This document shows, in pieces, positions 39,490 through 49,693 of a stretch of DNA of 64,000 nt. The position numbers and the translations under genes are program-made. The DNA lies in contig CM000436.1 of the NCBI GenBank assembly GCA_000165345.1, positions 1,120,001 through 1,184,000 on the forward strand, read 5' to 3'. The notes under the pieces are model-generated. The model ran no database searches, was not told the origin of the DNA, and saw nothing but the letters and a program-made list of their open reading frames with translations. Positions within the stretch are counted from its first letter, which is position 1; each line of letters starts with the position of its first letter.

Positions 39490-39846
39490 TTCCATTTTTT
39501 TAATCCCGGTATCGAGCCACGTATGGCGCCAAAGTTTGTAGATGAATAATAAATTATGTGGAAGAATTTTATGCAATAAAAAAAGTTTTAAATAAAGACA
39601 AAAAAAGGAAAGAGAGAAGAAAAAGGGGAGGAAATATTTCAAGTAATAATTAAATAAAATAGTAAGGTGGAAGAGTGAAATAAACTAATAAATATTGTTT
39701 GGCTTAGCCACTAATTTGTTTTCATTTTCTGACACGTAATTAAAATTAACTTTGAAATGGATTGAGATCTGGAAAGCTTAGTATATATTTCTTTCTTTCT
39801 TTTTATATTATTTAACTTAAAAAAAATAAGTGAGTAGTAAATAAAT

Positions 39847-40431
39847 ATGAAAGAAGTTAGTGATGATATTTATAGCCGAGTTAGAAAAATTAAGTTTAAG
39901 AGATTAGGCTTAGACCCAAGTAAAAAAAGTAATCAAAGTGAAAAAGTTGATTATAACAATAACAAGAAAGATAAAGATGATGAACATCAATATTTAGTTT
40001 CTTTTAATTCCAAAGTTGAAGAGAAAAAGAAAAAAGGAGAAGGGAGAATTATAACATCAAATACTACAGTACAAGGATTTCATACCAAATTTCAACAAGA
40101 ACTTAAAATTGGTGATTATATAGAAATTGAACATCCAAATACATTAATTAAAGAAAGTAGACAAGTGGTCAGTATTGTGAGCGAAAGAACATTAATCGTA
40201 GATAGTGAATTTTCTTGTGACTTGGTTTCAACTAGTGAATATTACTATTATACGAATACAAATGACAATGATTTGGATATTTTAAATAAAAGTAATACAT
40301 ACTCTTATAGAGAAAAGGATGGAATGTTTAAATATAAGACTGTAGTTAAATCAGTGAATTCAAAATTGTCAAGGGAAGATATTTTAGATATTAGAGCAAA
40401 AAAACAAAGAGATAAATATTGTTGGATATAG
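39847..40431 (+). CDS. Hypothetical 194-aa basic protein
   Basis: Uninterrupted ORF, K-rich N-terminal half, no family recognised. Its stop lies only 100 bp from the convergent RPF2 stop. Confidence 0.4.
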   Translation: MKEVSDDIYSRVRKIKFKRLGLDPSKKSNQSEKVDYNNNKKDKDDEHQYLVSFNSKVEEKKKKGEGRIITSNTTVQGFHTKFQQELKIGDYIEIEHPNTLIKESRQVVSIVSERTLIVDSEFSCDLVSTSEYYYYTNTNDNDLDILNKSNTYSYREKDGMFKYKTVVKSVNSKLSREDILDIRAKKQRDKYCWI

Positions 40432-40531
40432 TAGAGTTAAAAAAGAAAAAATAAACAAATAGCCTAGCATCTTCAAATTAATTAAATTATAAGTACTAAT
40501 TAATTAACTTCTTATAATAAATATTAAATCT

Positions 40532-41536
40532 TTACTCTTTACTACGGTTAATCTTTGATAAAATACCTGCATGAGGAGTATTTAATGTACTTAAATCCTG
40601 TTTACCAACATGGATTCTACCAATAGATTCTCCCAAAACATTTGTTGTCACATTCTTAATCTTTTTAGGCTTAATTTCACGTGGAACTATCATTGCTGAC
40701 TTTAATATACTCTTATCCGGTATCTGATGTTTTACTAATTCCATCTTTATTTGTAAACCAATTTCTGACAAAACTACTCTAGGTGATCCATTTAAAACAA
40801 GATTTTGATCTGATCTAATTAATAGTTCACTTGGTACTTGTTCTGATGGTCTATTTAGACGAATTAAATAGCTTCTAATATCAATATAAATCTTAGAATT
40901 CATTGATCCAATAATTGTAGATTGTTTATTAATTTCCTCGTTATCAGTTTCATAAGCTGTAACTAGAATTAAATGATCAAATCCTTTAAGAAATAATTTA
41001 GATCCTCTAACTATTGGACCAGAAAAAGTATCAAAGAACATTGTTCTTATACTTTTATAAACATCATCTGATTCAAAAGGAGCTCCTTGACATATTACTA
41101 TTGGTTTTGATCCATACTTTGGTAATTCCATATTTGGAGAAATTCCTTTATAATTTAATACATTAAATTCATACATATCCAAAATATGACTATCATAATA
41201 TCTTGTAAATATTAATCTAAATGGATGCTTCTTTGAACTATTTGCAAATATACTTATACTTGAACCATGTTTATATGATAACTGTTCCATTTTATGAGGA
41301 TCTACCCATGGAGAAGTAATCGCTTCTCCTTTTGTAATTCCTCTAACAATTTTTGTGTATGCTTTTGGGAAAATCTTATATAAATCCTTTAACAAATTTT
41401 GTATATTTTCCTTGCATTTTGAACCTTTAATAATAAGCCTTCTTTTTGTTTCTTCATTTACCTGACTCTCCCTCTTTATTACCACACTTTTCTTTGATCC
41501 TTTAATTTTACCGGAACTCGATTTTGCCATTTTCAA
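40532..41536 (-). CDS. RPF2: Ribosome production factor 2 (RPF2), a Brix-domain ribosome biogenesis protein
   Basis: LKGSKCKENIQNLLKDLYKI..., SISIFANSSKKHPFRLIFTRYYDSHILDMYEFNV aligns with RPF2 [34 protein letters not shown]. The 334-aa length fits. Confidence 0.7.
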   Translation of the reverse strand: MKMAKSSSGKIKGSKKSVVIKRESQVNEETKRRLIIKGSKCKENIQNLLKDLYKIFPKAYTKIVRGITKGEAITSPWVDPHKMEQLSYKHGSSISIFANSSKKHPFRLIFTRYYDSHILDMYEFNVLNYKGISPNMELPKYGSKPIVICQGAPFESDDVYKSIRTMFFDTFSGPIVRGSKLFLKGFDHLILVTAYETDNEEINKQSTIIGSMNSKIYIDIRSYLIRLNRPSEQVPSELLIRSDQNLVLNGSPRVVLSEIGLQIKMELVKHQIPDKSILKSAMIVPREIKPKKIKNVTTNVLGESIGRIHVGKQDLSTLNTPHAGILSKINRSKE

Positions 41537-42070
41537 ATCTCACAGCTTTTTTTTGACTTTAATATACTACTTATCTTTCTATTTATTAATAATTTACATA
41601 TATTCATATATATATATAAATATATATTATATGTATATATACACGTAAATATAAATATAATTATAAATAAACAAATATTCCCAGATTTTCTTTGAAAAAT
41701 CTCTTATTAGTTCAAAATCAAATTATTATTATTTTTCTATGTCAACTTTTACCTCTTATTTTATTATTTTTTTTTTTTCTTTACACTTATTTTCCATTAT
41801 TCTTAAATAATATATTTAAAATAATATTAAATGAACCGCCTATTCTTCCCGCCTAAAATTCTTTATATTATTTATACCGACAGAAAAAAAGCAAAAAGTA
41901 CATGCGGACGAGTTAAGGAGGATAAATTAAAAGTAATTTAATTCTGAATTAAGACTTTAAGTTTATTCAAATCTTTTTACTACTTTTTTTCTTTATGCTT
42001 CACATTTCTCTTCACCTCAATCTAATTCATCCCATCTCTAATCTTTTGATATTTTGACTTTAATTTTTAA

Positions 42071-45000
42071 TTATTTGGTTTGACTTTGTATTAAAACAAG
42101 GATTTTTATTTCGTTGAGTAAAGCAAAAAATGTTGAAATACTCAAGTAATTATTGATTGTAGAGGTAAATTGTTCAAATAGAAGCGAGTATATCTTCCAT
42201 TTTGCATTACAATTTGTAAGCCACTCAGAATTATTATTACTCTCACCAAATATACTAATAATACATGGATTAAAGTAAAATTGAGTGGAATTAAAATTTG
42301 AATTGCTTGAAATAGTCTGTTTCTTACTAAAGAGATTATAAAAAAATAAGTTATTTGGATCATTAATTACATCAATTTTCTTCCATTTACTAATATAGAA
42401 TTGTTGCTTTTCATTAATAATTTCCAATATATTATTATCCTTTTTATTACTAAAATTCAAATCTCCCTTATTTAAACCATTAGGATTAACCAATTCAACT
42501 TCCTCAAGAATAACAGATTCCAAAATTTCTTTTGATATAATTTCTTTTGGTAAGAATGAACCTAAATCAAGAAAAGAGTTAGGATTTTCAGAATTTACTG
42601 GAAGCTCCAACCATGTAGAATTCATTTCTCTCAAAAATTCTTCCGAATTCTCCAAAAGATTAATATCTTGTTCTTTAATATTCTTTTCTATTGATAGTCT
42701 TGGATAAAACTGTGATTGCCAAACCATCCACCAAGGAGGACTAGTAATAATAGAATCATCCAAATTCAAAGAATTTTGGTAAATATAATTAATAAATGCA
42801 ATATTAAATCCAAAATTACTTAAGTTATTCTTGAAAACTAAGTCATTTTGATCAAAATCCATATTTCCTTTAATTTCTGAAAACTTTTTAATCAACTTTG
42901 GTGCTTCAATTGAATAATCATTATTAGTATCATTTTTAATTGATTTAAAATTCTTAAAATAGTTTTCATTTATACCAAAATCAAAATCCTCGTCTTCATT
43001 AATTATTTCTTCATCTTCTTGTTCTATTTCATATTTTATTGGAGTAAAATATTCTTTCAAATATTTCAAATCTAAGATATTGTTATCACTAATCTCAGGT
43101 TTTATATCAAAATACTTTATTAAAGGATTAATCCTGCTTTTGAAGATACTATTAATTCTTGCTTGATCATAATATGTAAGACTTGTATTTATAACAAAGA
43201 CTTGTATTTCAGATGAATAAACCATTTTTCCAAATTTATTTTTGTAGCTATCAGTCTCATATGATTTATAATGAGAAATCAATGAGTAAATATGAAAAAT
43301 ATTGAATCTATAGAATCTGTCTTTGCTGTAAAACTTTTGTCGATTAACAAGTTTAACTAAAGTAAGATACTCAGAAAGAAGAGAATTAATGAATTGATTT
43401 TGCTTAGTTAAACCATTCCTTGTAGATTTATCATACCATGGAAGAAAAATCCCATTCTTATTAACCTTTTCATATTTTAATACAAATAATATATTTTGTA
43501 TAAATATTAAAACTTGTTCAATATCTAATACAAGCTTTTGTTTAGTAATTGGTTTTATTACATTAATCAATGGATATTCTTCTTTAAATAATGTTTTGTG
43601 AGATGAACTTAGTACTGTAAAGCCTTTGCTTAAATGATTAATCTTGAGTTTATATTTTGTACTTCCAAGAATTTGCCTTAAGCTGATTAAATTCTGTGAG
43701 AATTTAGATATCTTTTCATATCTAATATTAAAGAATTCTCCACTCTTTTGATTTCTATTTCTAGAAATAATAAAACTATTAGATTCCAAAATCTCATCAA
43801 TTACAATGATTTTACCAATTTGTTTAGGTTTAAGTACTTTATCTACCACTAAATCTGTGAATATATTACTAAAATACTTTTCAATCTGACCATTTAACAT
43901 AGGATCCAAAATATTTTCAACAAAATGTACTTTTTCTCTCAATTTTTCATTCAATATACTAATTTCCATATATTCCAATTCAAATCCTATACAATTGTGG
44001 AATACTAATCTATCACACCAATTATAACTTTTTATTAAATTTATCTCAGTTTTATCTCCACTATCTTCATCTTCTTTCTCATTTCTATTAAGAAATTTCC
44101 CAATTTTCCTTGTCCATTGTACCCTGTTTTGTAAGTCCCTGATAATACATTTTAATTCGCAAACAGGATAACCCCTTGCTAGCAAATTTTTTGAAACCTT
44201 TACTTTCTGATACTCTTCCTTACTATTATAATCTTCTTCCAATATTTCATAATCCTCATCATATTCATAACTATCTTTAATTTCATGGTTAGTACTTGAT
44301 TTTCTATTAAATTTATTGGGAGAAATATTATTATCAAGCTTGAAATTAATCTTTTGATTATATAAAATCTTTAATTCATTCAATAAAATCAACTCTTCAA
44401 AGTCAATAATTTCCATTGGAGACTCAATTTTAATAGTATAATTGTAATTACTCAACTTATTTTCTTTCATTTTCTTCTTTTTAACCAAATAATACCCATC
44501 GGAATATTTCATAAAATCTTCTGAGATGTATTTGTTTATTTCTTTCTGATCCAATTCTCTTATTAGTTTATGTTCTTGATCAATAATTCTATCCACTTTG
44601 AATTTGAATTCATATTCCTTTAAACCTTTATTCATTTTATTTAAATACTTATTTTTGACTATTTCTGTGAAACTAATTTTTAATCTATTAGTTCCAAGGC
44701 TGTCAAAATGTTCAAATCCTCCTTCAATCTCACTTATATAATGATAATAGTTATTATCCAGATTTGAACTTAGTATCATCTTATCAAAATAATCCTTCAA
44801 TTCAATACCCTCGTCTATTAAATCCTCCTCTTCCTCTTGTTTATCATTCTCTAACAATTTCATTAAATCAATGAGTCTTTCTGATCCACCTAAGCTATTC
44901 AAAACTTGGTTTTTGTGGATTTTTAATAAATTATTTGCTATATTAGTTTCAATAGAAGTATTACTTTCTTTTGTAAGTGTAAAATCATCGTCAATATAAA

Positions 45001-45211
45001 CTAGATCACTTTCCAAATATATTTTATCCAAGTGTTCTTGAATATAATTATCAGCCAAATCATTTCTTAAAAATGCATTCACCTTCAAATTTACTATTAA
45101 GTAGTAGCTCAAAAAAATTACGAAATAAAATATTCTCAAAAACATCTTCTTATCATTCCATTTCTTATAACTAATAGGCCAATATCCAATTATAGTATTT
45201 TCTAACTTCAC
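42071..45211 (-). CDS. Large (1046-aa) type-II membrane (signal-anchor) hypothetical protein. Possibly a lumenal or Golgi enzyme, but no family assigned.
   Basis: A single N-terminal hydrophobic segment (FLRIFYFVIFLSYYLIVNL) at about residues 24-44, followed by a long hydrophilic domain. Uninterrupted ORF. Confidence 0.5.
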   Translation of the reverse strand: MKLENTIIGYWPISYKKWNDKKMFLRIFYFVIFLSYYLIVNLKVNAFLRNDLADNYIQEHLDKIYLESDLVYIDDDFTLTKESNTSIETNIANNLLKIHKNQVLNSLGGSERLIDLMKLLENDKQEEEEDLIDEGIELKDYFDKMILSSNLDNNYYHYISEIEGGFEHFDSLGTNRLKISFTEIVKNKYLNKMNKGLKEYEFKFKVDRIIDQEHKLIRELDQKEINKYISEDFMKYSDGYYLVKKKKMKENKLSNYNYTIKIESPMEIIDFEELILLNELKILYNQKINFKLDNNISPNKFNRKSSTNHEIKDSYEYDEDYEILEEDYNSKEEYQKVKVSKNLLARGYPVCELKCIIRDLQNRVQWTRKIGKFLNRNEKEDEDSGDKTEINLIKSYNWCDRLVFHNCIGFELEYMEISILNEKLREKVHFVENILDPMLNGQIEKYFSNIFTDLVVDKVLKPKQIGKIIVIDEILESNSFIISRNRNQKSGEFFNIRYEKISKFSQNLISLRQILGSTKYKLKINHLSKGFTVLSSSHKTLFKEEYPLINVIKPITKQKLVLDIEQVLIFIQNILFVLKYEKVNKNGIFLPWYDKSTRNGLTKQNQFINSLLSEYLTLVKLVNRQKFYSKDRFYRFNIFHIYSLISHYKSYETDSYKNKFGKMVYSSEIQVFVINTSLTYYDQARINSIFKSRINPLIKYFDIKPEISDNNILDLKYLKEYFTPIKYEIEQEDEEIINEDEDFDFGINENYFKNFKSIKNDTNNDYSIEAPKLIKKFSEIKGNMDFDQNDLVFKNNLSNFGFNIAFINYIYQNSLNLDDSIITSPPWWMVWQSQFYPRLSIEKNIKEQDINLLENSEEFLREMNSTWLELPVNSENPNSFLDLGSFLPKEIISKEILESVILEEVELVNPNGLNKGDLNFSNKKDNNILEIINEKQQFYISKWKKIDVINDPNNLFFYNLFSKKQTISSNSNFNSTQFYFNPCIISIFGESNNNSEWLTNCNAKWKIYSLLFEQFTSTINNYLSISTFFALLNEIKILVLIQSQTK

Positions 45212-45883
45212 CTCGTTAATTTTAACTTTGCGATTTAATCCTTAGTAGAAAAAAAAAGTAGGAAATAAAACAAAAATTCTCTTATCTTTAAATAGGTTAT
45301 TATTTTCTATATTATTGGCTTGACTTACTTCAAGTTTAGTTGTGATGTTCCATTTCAATCAAAATCTATTTCTTATAACTCTATATTCTTATTTTCTTTC
45401 TAAATTCGAAAGAATTTCTTTTTTTTTTTTTGTTTTATTTCCAATTGTCACACAGGTATTCCGTAAGTGTCTACTTTGACTATTGGGCAAAAAAAAAATA
45501 TGGAGGCTCCCCACACATGCAACGCCGGTATTAAAAGTTAAACAAAACTTAGTAATAACATGTGGATTAATAATTGGAAAAATGGTAATTTGAAAATTCT
45601 TAAAATTTTTAATAAAAATTATTTCAATTATAACAAAATATTCATTACTATAATTAAAAATGACTAATATTTTGACTAATTCTATTTTTATTATTTTTTT
45701 TCAATTATTTTTATCATTTTTTCGATTTTAATTGACTTATCGTACTTACGTGTATATAATTTAATAATTACATGCAATTCATGTAATTGCTATTAATTAA
45801 TACACGCAATACATTACGTAATTTGAAAAAAAATAATTAATAAAAAAATAATATATATATATAATATAAATGAGTTTTTGATA

Positions 45884-46828
45884 TTAATCTTTTTTTCTTC
45901 CCCTTGCTTGAACTGTAATAGAATTAAAATAATTGAAAAATTAAATTCAATTTAAATTGTTTTGGTTTCTCTTTCACTTACCTTGTTTATATTTGTTTAA
46001 AATAGATTTTCCATCTGGATGTACTTCACAATATGCTTTTAATATATTGTCCATCTTTTTGAACAAAAAATTAGGGGAAAATATATAAAGAGTAGGTTTC
46101 ATAATTAAACTTACAATTTTAATATTTGGATGTGTAACTTCTAGAGACCTTTCTAATACATATAAATCTACAGCTTTATCCTCAATAGTTAAAGAATCTG
46201 AATAACTTAGTCCAAAATCAATAAAGATTATCTGATTATCGTGAGAATCATCGTTAATAATAATGTTTGAAGTAGTTAAATCACCATGAATTATATGACT
46301 ATGAAGTTTTGAAATTGCATTTCCTATTGATATTGAAATATCTATTAATAATATAATATAATAAAAATATTTGAATAAAAGTCAATAATATTATACTGGA
46401 GATGATTAAATTATTTATTCACTTACCTAATAACTTTGAATCATAATTGCTAGAATTTGATATTATATTGTTCAAATAATCATTCAATATTGTACCTTGA
46501 ACATAGTCCATAATAATGATTCCATTTTCAACATCAACAAAATGAACATTTGGGCAATTTATTCCTTTTTGATTACATTTTACCAAATTTCTAGATTCTC
46601 TCAAAATTCGACTAGTTTTCAAACTTTTATCTAATTGAGGATGTCTATACTTTTTTTCAAATCTATGTTTAATTACCACTTTTTTATTTAATAATGTTGT
46701 TTCATATATTCTCTATTTTGTGGTTTATAAAATTATTAAATAAATTTAAAAATAATCAGTTTATTAACTTACAGCCTCTGCTCCTTGAAATAATAACTTT
46801 TCATAAGAATCTGGTGGAATTATATTCA
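45884..46828 (-). CDS. BUD32: Bud32/PRPK (TP53RK) atypical kinase of the KEOPS complex; 5 exons, 217 aa
   Basis: Exons on the minus strand: 46772-46828 (MNIIPPDSYEKLLFQGAEA), 46427-46712 (RIYETT...KKYRHPQLD...IIMDYVQG...), 46115-46323 (...IIHGDLTTSNIII...IDFGLSYS...EDKAVDLYVLERS...THPNIKI), 45982-46054 (MDNILKAYCEVHPDGKSILNKYKQ) and 45884-45912 (VQARGRKKD*). Every intron begins GTAAGT and ends TAG/CAG/AAG, and the frame is conserved. Motifs YRHPxLD, HGDLTTSN, DFGLS and the C-terminal RGRKK are Bud32 hallmarks. The ORF track shows only exon 2. Confidence 0.75.
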
Positions 46829-47062
46829 TTCTAAGCAAATAAAAAACCTTCCTTCTAGGCAAATCAGAGTTTTAGGAAAAATTTAGAATTCAAAGATTAT
46901 TTTAATATAGTTTAGCTATCTATCACTTAATTTCAAATTTACTAATACAACTTTTACGCGCCAACTAATAGTAATTGTTAGCATGTAATAAGTCTTTGAC
47001 AATACAAGAATATTTCTTTCAACATTCTAAGTTCCTCAAAAGGAATTTATTCCCAAAAGGAC

Positions 47063-48880
47063 TTATTTCTTTCTTCTACTTCTAGAAGCAGGTCTTCTCG
47101 ATTTTTTCCTTGATTTGCGAATATTCTTACTTCTAACAGAAGTTGATTTATCTTTAGATTCACTCAGATTTTTATTATGATAATAGTTATAGTAATCATA
47201 ATTATTATTATCATTATTATTGTCATCACAATCATTGTTTTCATTATAATTATGGTCATTACAATTACCCATTAATTTAAAAAGAGACTTGTTTTTGTAG
47301 TAGATTCTTGCTCTTTGAAACTTATGAAAAGGATTCACTCCATCTTCAGTTTGGGGATTCATATATTTTGTGTGAAACATTTCATTAGTTTGATCTTCAT
47401 CCAAATCGCTAGCACTACTTTCACAGATACTATTAGAACGTTCACTTAGGCTAAAGTCTCTTTCAATACTCTTCGAAGCATTGCTCATTCTTTCTTTTCT
47501 TTGTTTTCTTCTTTTCGTCTTTCTTGAATTTCTTGTAATAACTGTAGAATCACATGATCTGCTTGTTGCTTTTCTGAGACTACTTACGCTTGCACGCTCT
47601 ACTATATCATAATCATCATCATCACTTTCCATATACTCTTCGAGATAGTCACTCTCGCAGAAACTATCTTCCTTGTAATATTTCACACGTTTACCTTCTT
47701 TTTCGTGATCTCTCTCATCTTTGTAGTCCACACCTTCTACTTCTTCCTCATTATCTTCTTCTTCCTCATTATCTTCTTCTTCCTCATTGTCTTCTTCTTC
47801 CTCATTATCATTGGCCTCTTCATTGCTTTCATAATCTTCCTGATCATTTTCATCTAAATAAAAGTACTGACTATTTCCTAAATTATGATATCCTGAAAAA
47901 TTTTCATTAAGTCTAGAATTATTAAACCTATTACAAAGTTGATAATTGTGTCCAGGATTTCCACAAAGAGCACAATAGGCCTTTTTAATTGCATTTTTGA
48001 AAGGAATTTCATTATTACAAATGATATGACCAAATCCAGAACAGTTATAACACTCAATATCTAAATCTGTAATTTTTTCTGTAGAATCATGATCTCCAAT
48101 AGCAAGTATACTTTCTTCATATCCTTTCTTAATACAAGGATGAATAGATATATTTTTTGACATCTCTAAGTTCAAATCTTGATTATTTTTATCATTATGA
48201 TTACTACAAACTGGCCTTCTGTAAGTTGAAAAGTCCAAACGTGAATTCAAATAATAGTTGCCTCCACTACATGAATCACATAATCTAATAGGATGGTCAG
48301 GATCTGTTTTCCAGGGACAGTCTTGCGGGTGATGAAATCTACTAGAACAAATTTGACATCTAGCTTTTCTACAATGTTCTTTTGGATGTATTTTAAGGCA
48401 TCTAATGCATATACTATTTTTTCTGGAATCTAATAATCTTTTTTGCTGAACAATTATTTCTTCAGGTATTTCATGAGGATCAATATCTTCATTTTTTGCA
48501 TCATTTTGAAAATTAGAGAAAAAGCGTAAATTATCGTTGTTTGTAGTTTCATTTTGCTTGATAGAGTCCAATTTTACATCCTCATAAGTATCCCATAACA
48601 TGCTTTCATAGTGCTTCATCCACTCAAAAGTCGATCTTTCTTGAATACTTTGATTATTATATACTCTATTTCCGCTGTATTTGTGTAAACCTCTCCTTTT
48701 CCATGAATTATTCTGGTAATAAGTATTGTCGTACCTATTATAAGAGGAATGCTCAGGTCTAGATTCTGAATAGTCATTTTGGTTATATCTTCTGGTTTTT
48801 CTACCCGAGTAATGCCAATTATTATTATTTGGTCTAATTTGATATCTAAAATTGTTATTCTCAAGCCTGTCTGCGTCCAT
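47063..48880 (-). CDS. CCHC zinc-knuckle protein with an acidic repeat and basic RS/K-rich termini; 605 aa
   Basis: Several Cx2Cx3-4(G)Hx4C knuckles (CIRCLKIHPKEHC, CQICSSRFHHPQDC, CYNCSGFGHIIC, CALCGNPGHNYQLC). An 18-bp in-frame repeat at 47741-47810 encodes (NEEEED)n. The C-terminus reads RKSRKKSRRPASRSRRKK. Confidence 0.55.
   Translation of the reverse strand: MDADRLENNNFRYQIRPNNNNWHYSGRKTRRYNQNDYSESRPEHSSYNRYDNTYYQNNSWKRRGLHKYSGNRVYNNQSIQERSTFEWMKHYESMLWDTYEDVKLDSIKQNETTNNDNLRFFSNFQNDAKNEDIDPHEIPEEIIVQQKRLLDSRKNSICIRCLKIHPKEHCRKARCQICSSRFHHPQDCPWKTDPDHPIRLCDSCSGGNYYLNSRLDFSTYRRPVCSNHNDKNNQDLNLEMSKNISIHPCIKKGYEESILAIGDHDSTEKITDLDIECYNCSGFGHIICNNEIPFKNAIKKAYCALCGNPGHNYQLCNRFNNSRLNENFSGYHNLGNSQYFYLDENDQEDYESNEEANDNEEEEDNEEEEDNEEEEDNEEEVEGVDYKDERDHEKEGKRVKYYKEDSFCESDYLEEYMESDDDDYDIVERASVSSLRKATSRSCDSTVITRNSRKTKRRKQRKERMSNASKSIERDFSLSERSNSICESSASDLDEDQTNEMFHTKYMNPQTEDGVNPFHKFQRARIYYKNKSLFKLMGNCNDHNYNENNDCDDNNNDNNNYDYYNYYHNKNLSESKDKSTSVRSKNIRKSRKKSRRPASRSRRKK
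47741..47810. repeat. 18-bp tandem repeat (TTCCTCATTATCTTCTTC) x about 4, encoding the (NEEEED)n acidic repeat
   Basis: Read directly. It lies in frame within the zinc-knuckle CDS. Confidence 0.7.
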
Positions 48881-49040
48881 TTCAAAAAAAAAACGAACCT
48901 AGATGACTAAAGATATAAATAAAATGACGGTATTCATTAAATAATTCCTCTTAATATTGGAATTTGATCTTTTCAACTACTTTGTACAGTCTAATTTTTG
49001 TATGCAAATTTAATTATGAAAATCTATAAAGTTGGCTTTT

Positions 49041-49463
49041 GGCGCCTCATGTCGATACTTAATTTGCCAAAAAAAAAGTGTTGATGCATAAGATCCAAAA
49101 AAAAAAAAAAAAAAAAAAAATCAAATAATAAATTTTTATAATTAAATAAAATATATATCTGCATAAGGATCTAAACTACTTATACAAGGTTTTCTTTTTA
49201 TTATTTTTTCTAATTTCTTTGATTTCCAAATTTTTATTTTTAAATAAATTAGAATATTTGGCGTCATGGCAAATTGGCGCCAGATGAAGTGCATTTTTAT
49301 GTTTGGTTAAAATATTGAAAAAAATTTTTAAAAAACAAAACATTCACAATCAAAATTTCAACAATCATTTTTTTATACTCTAGCTGCTTTAAAAATCTGA
49401 AATTTTAAAATTTTAATTTTAATGGTTTGTTTCTAATATTAATAAAAAAAAAAAAAATGGCGC
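49041..49463. promoter_or_regulatory. Cluster of three exact GGCGCC sites (49041, 49276, 49458) plus a GGCGTC variant (49260) in the divergent promoter between the zinc-knuckle gene and seryl-tRNA synthetase
   Basis: Read directly. Each site is flanked by T/A runs (TTTTGGCGCC, AAATTGGCGCCAG, AAATGGCGCCCAT). Confidence 0.5.
49097..49120. repeat. Poly(A) run of 24 nt in the intergenic region
   Basis: Read directly. Confidence 0.7.
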
Positions 49464-49693
49464 CCATATTCAAAATATTTGTATATTTAATTATGGCAAA
49501 TTGACTCACATAAATTTAATACATAATATAAGACAAAAAAAAATTATTGAGGGGATTTATATCAAAAATAAAAGGCAATAAAAATTACCTTATTAAATTG
49601 TAAGTAATAGCAAGTTATTCGAAATTATTTGAAAAAGAAAAGCTCAATATAAATAAGATTAGTTTTAAACATATTACAATATAAGTATTTATT

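Noticed and set aside
45421-45540. Locally GC-richer spacer segment (GGTATTCCGTAAGTGTCTACTTTGACTATTGGGC ... GGAGGCTCCCCACACATGCAACGCCGG), considered as a possible small ncRNA
   Set aside because: I cannot fold it into, or match it to, any known RNA family by eye, and it has no conserved boxes. It may simply be 5' UTR or promoter sequence of the 42071-45211 gene.
45742-45790. Near-palindrome TTACATGCAATTCATGTAA / ATTACATGCAATTCATGTAATTGC
   Set aside because: The symmetry is imperfect, and it occurs only once. It is noted only as a possible regulatory site.
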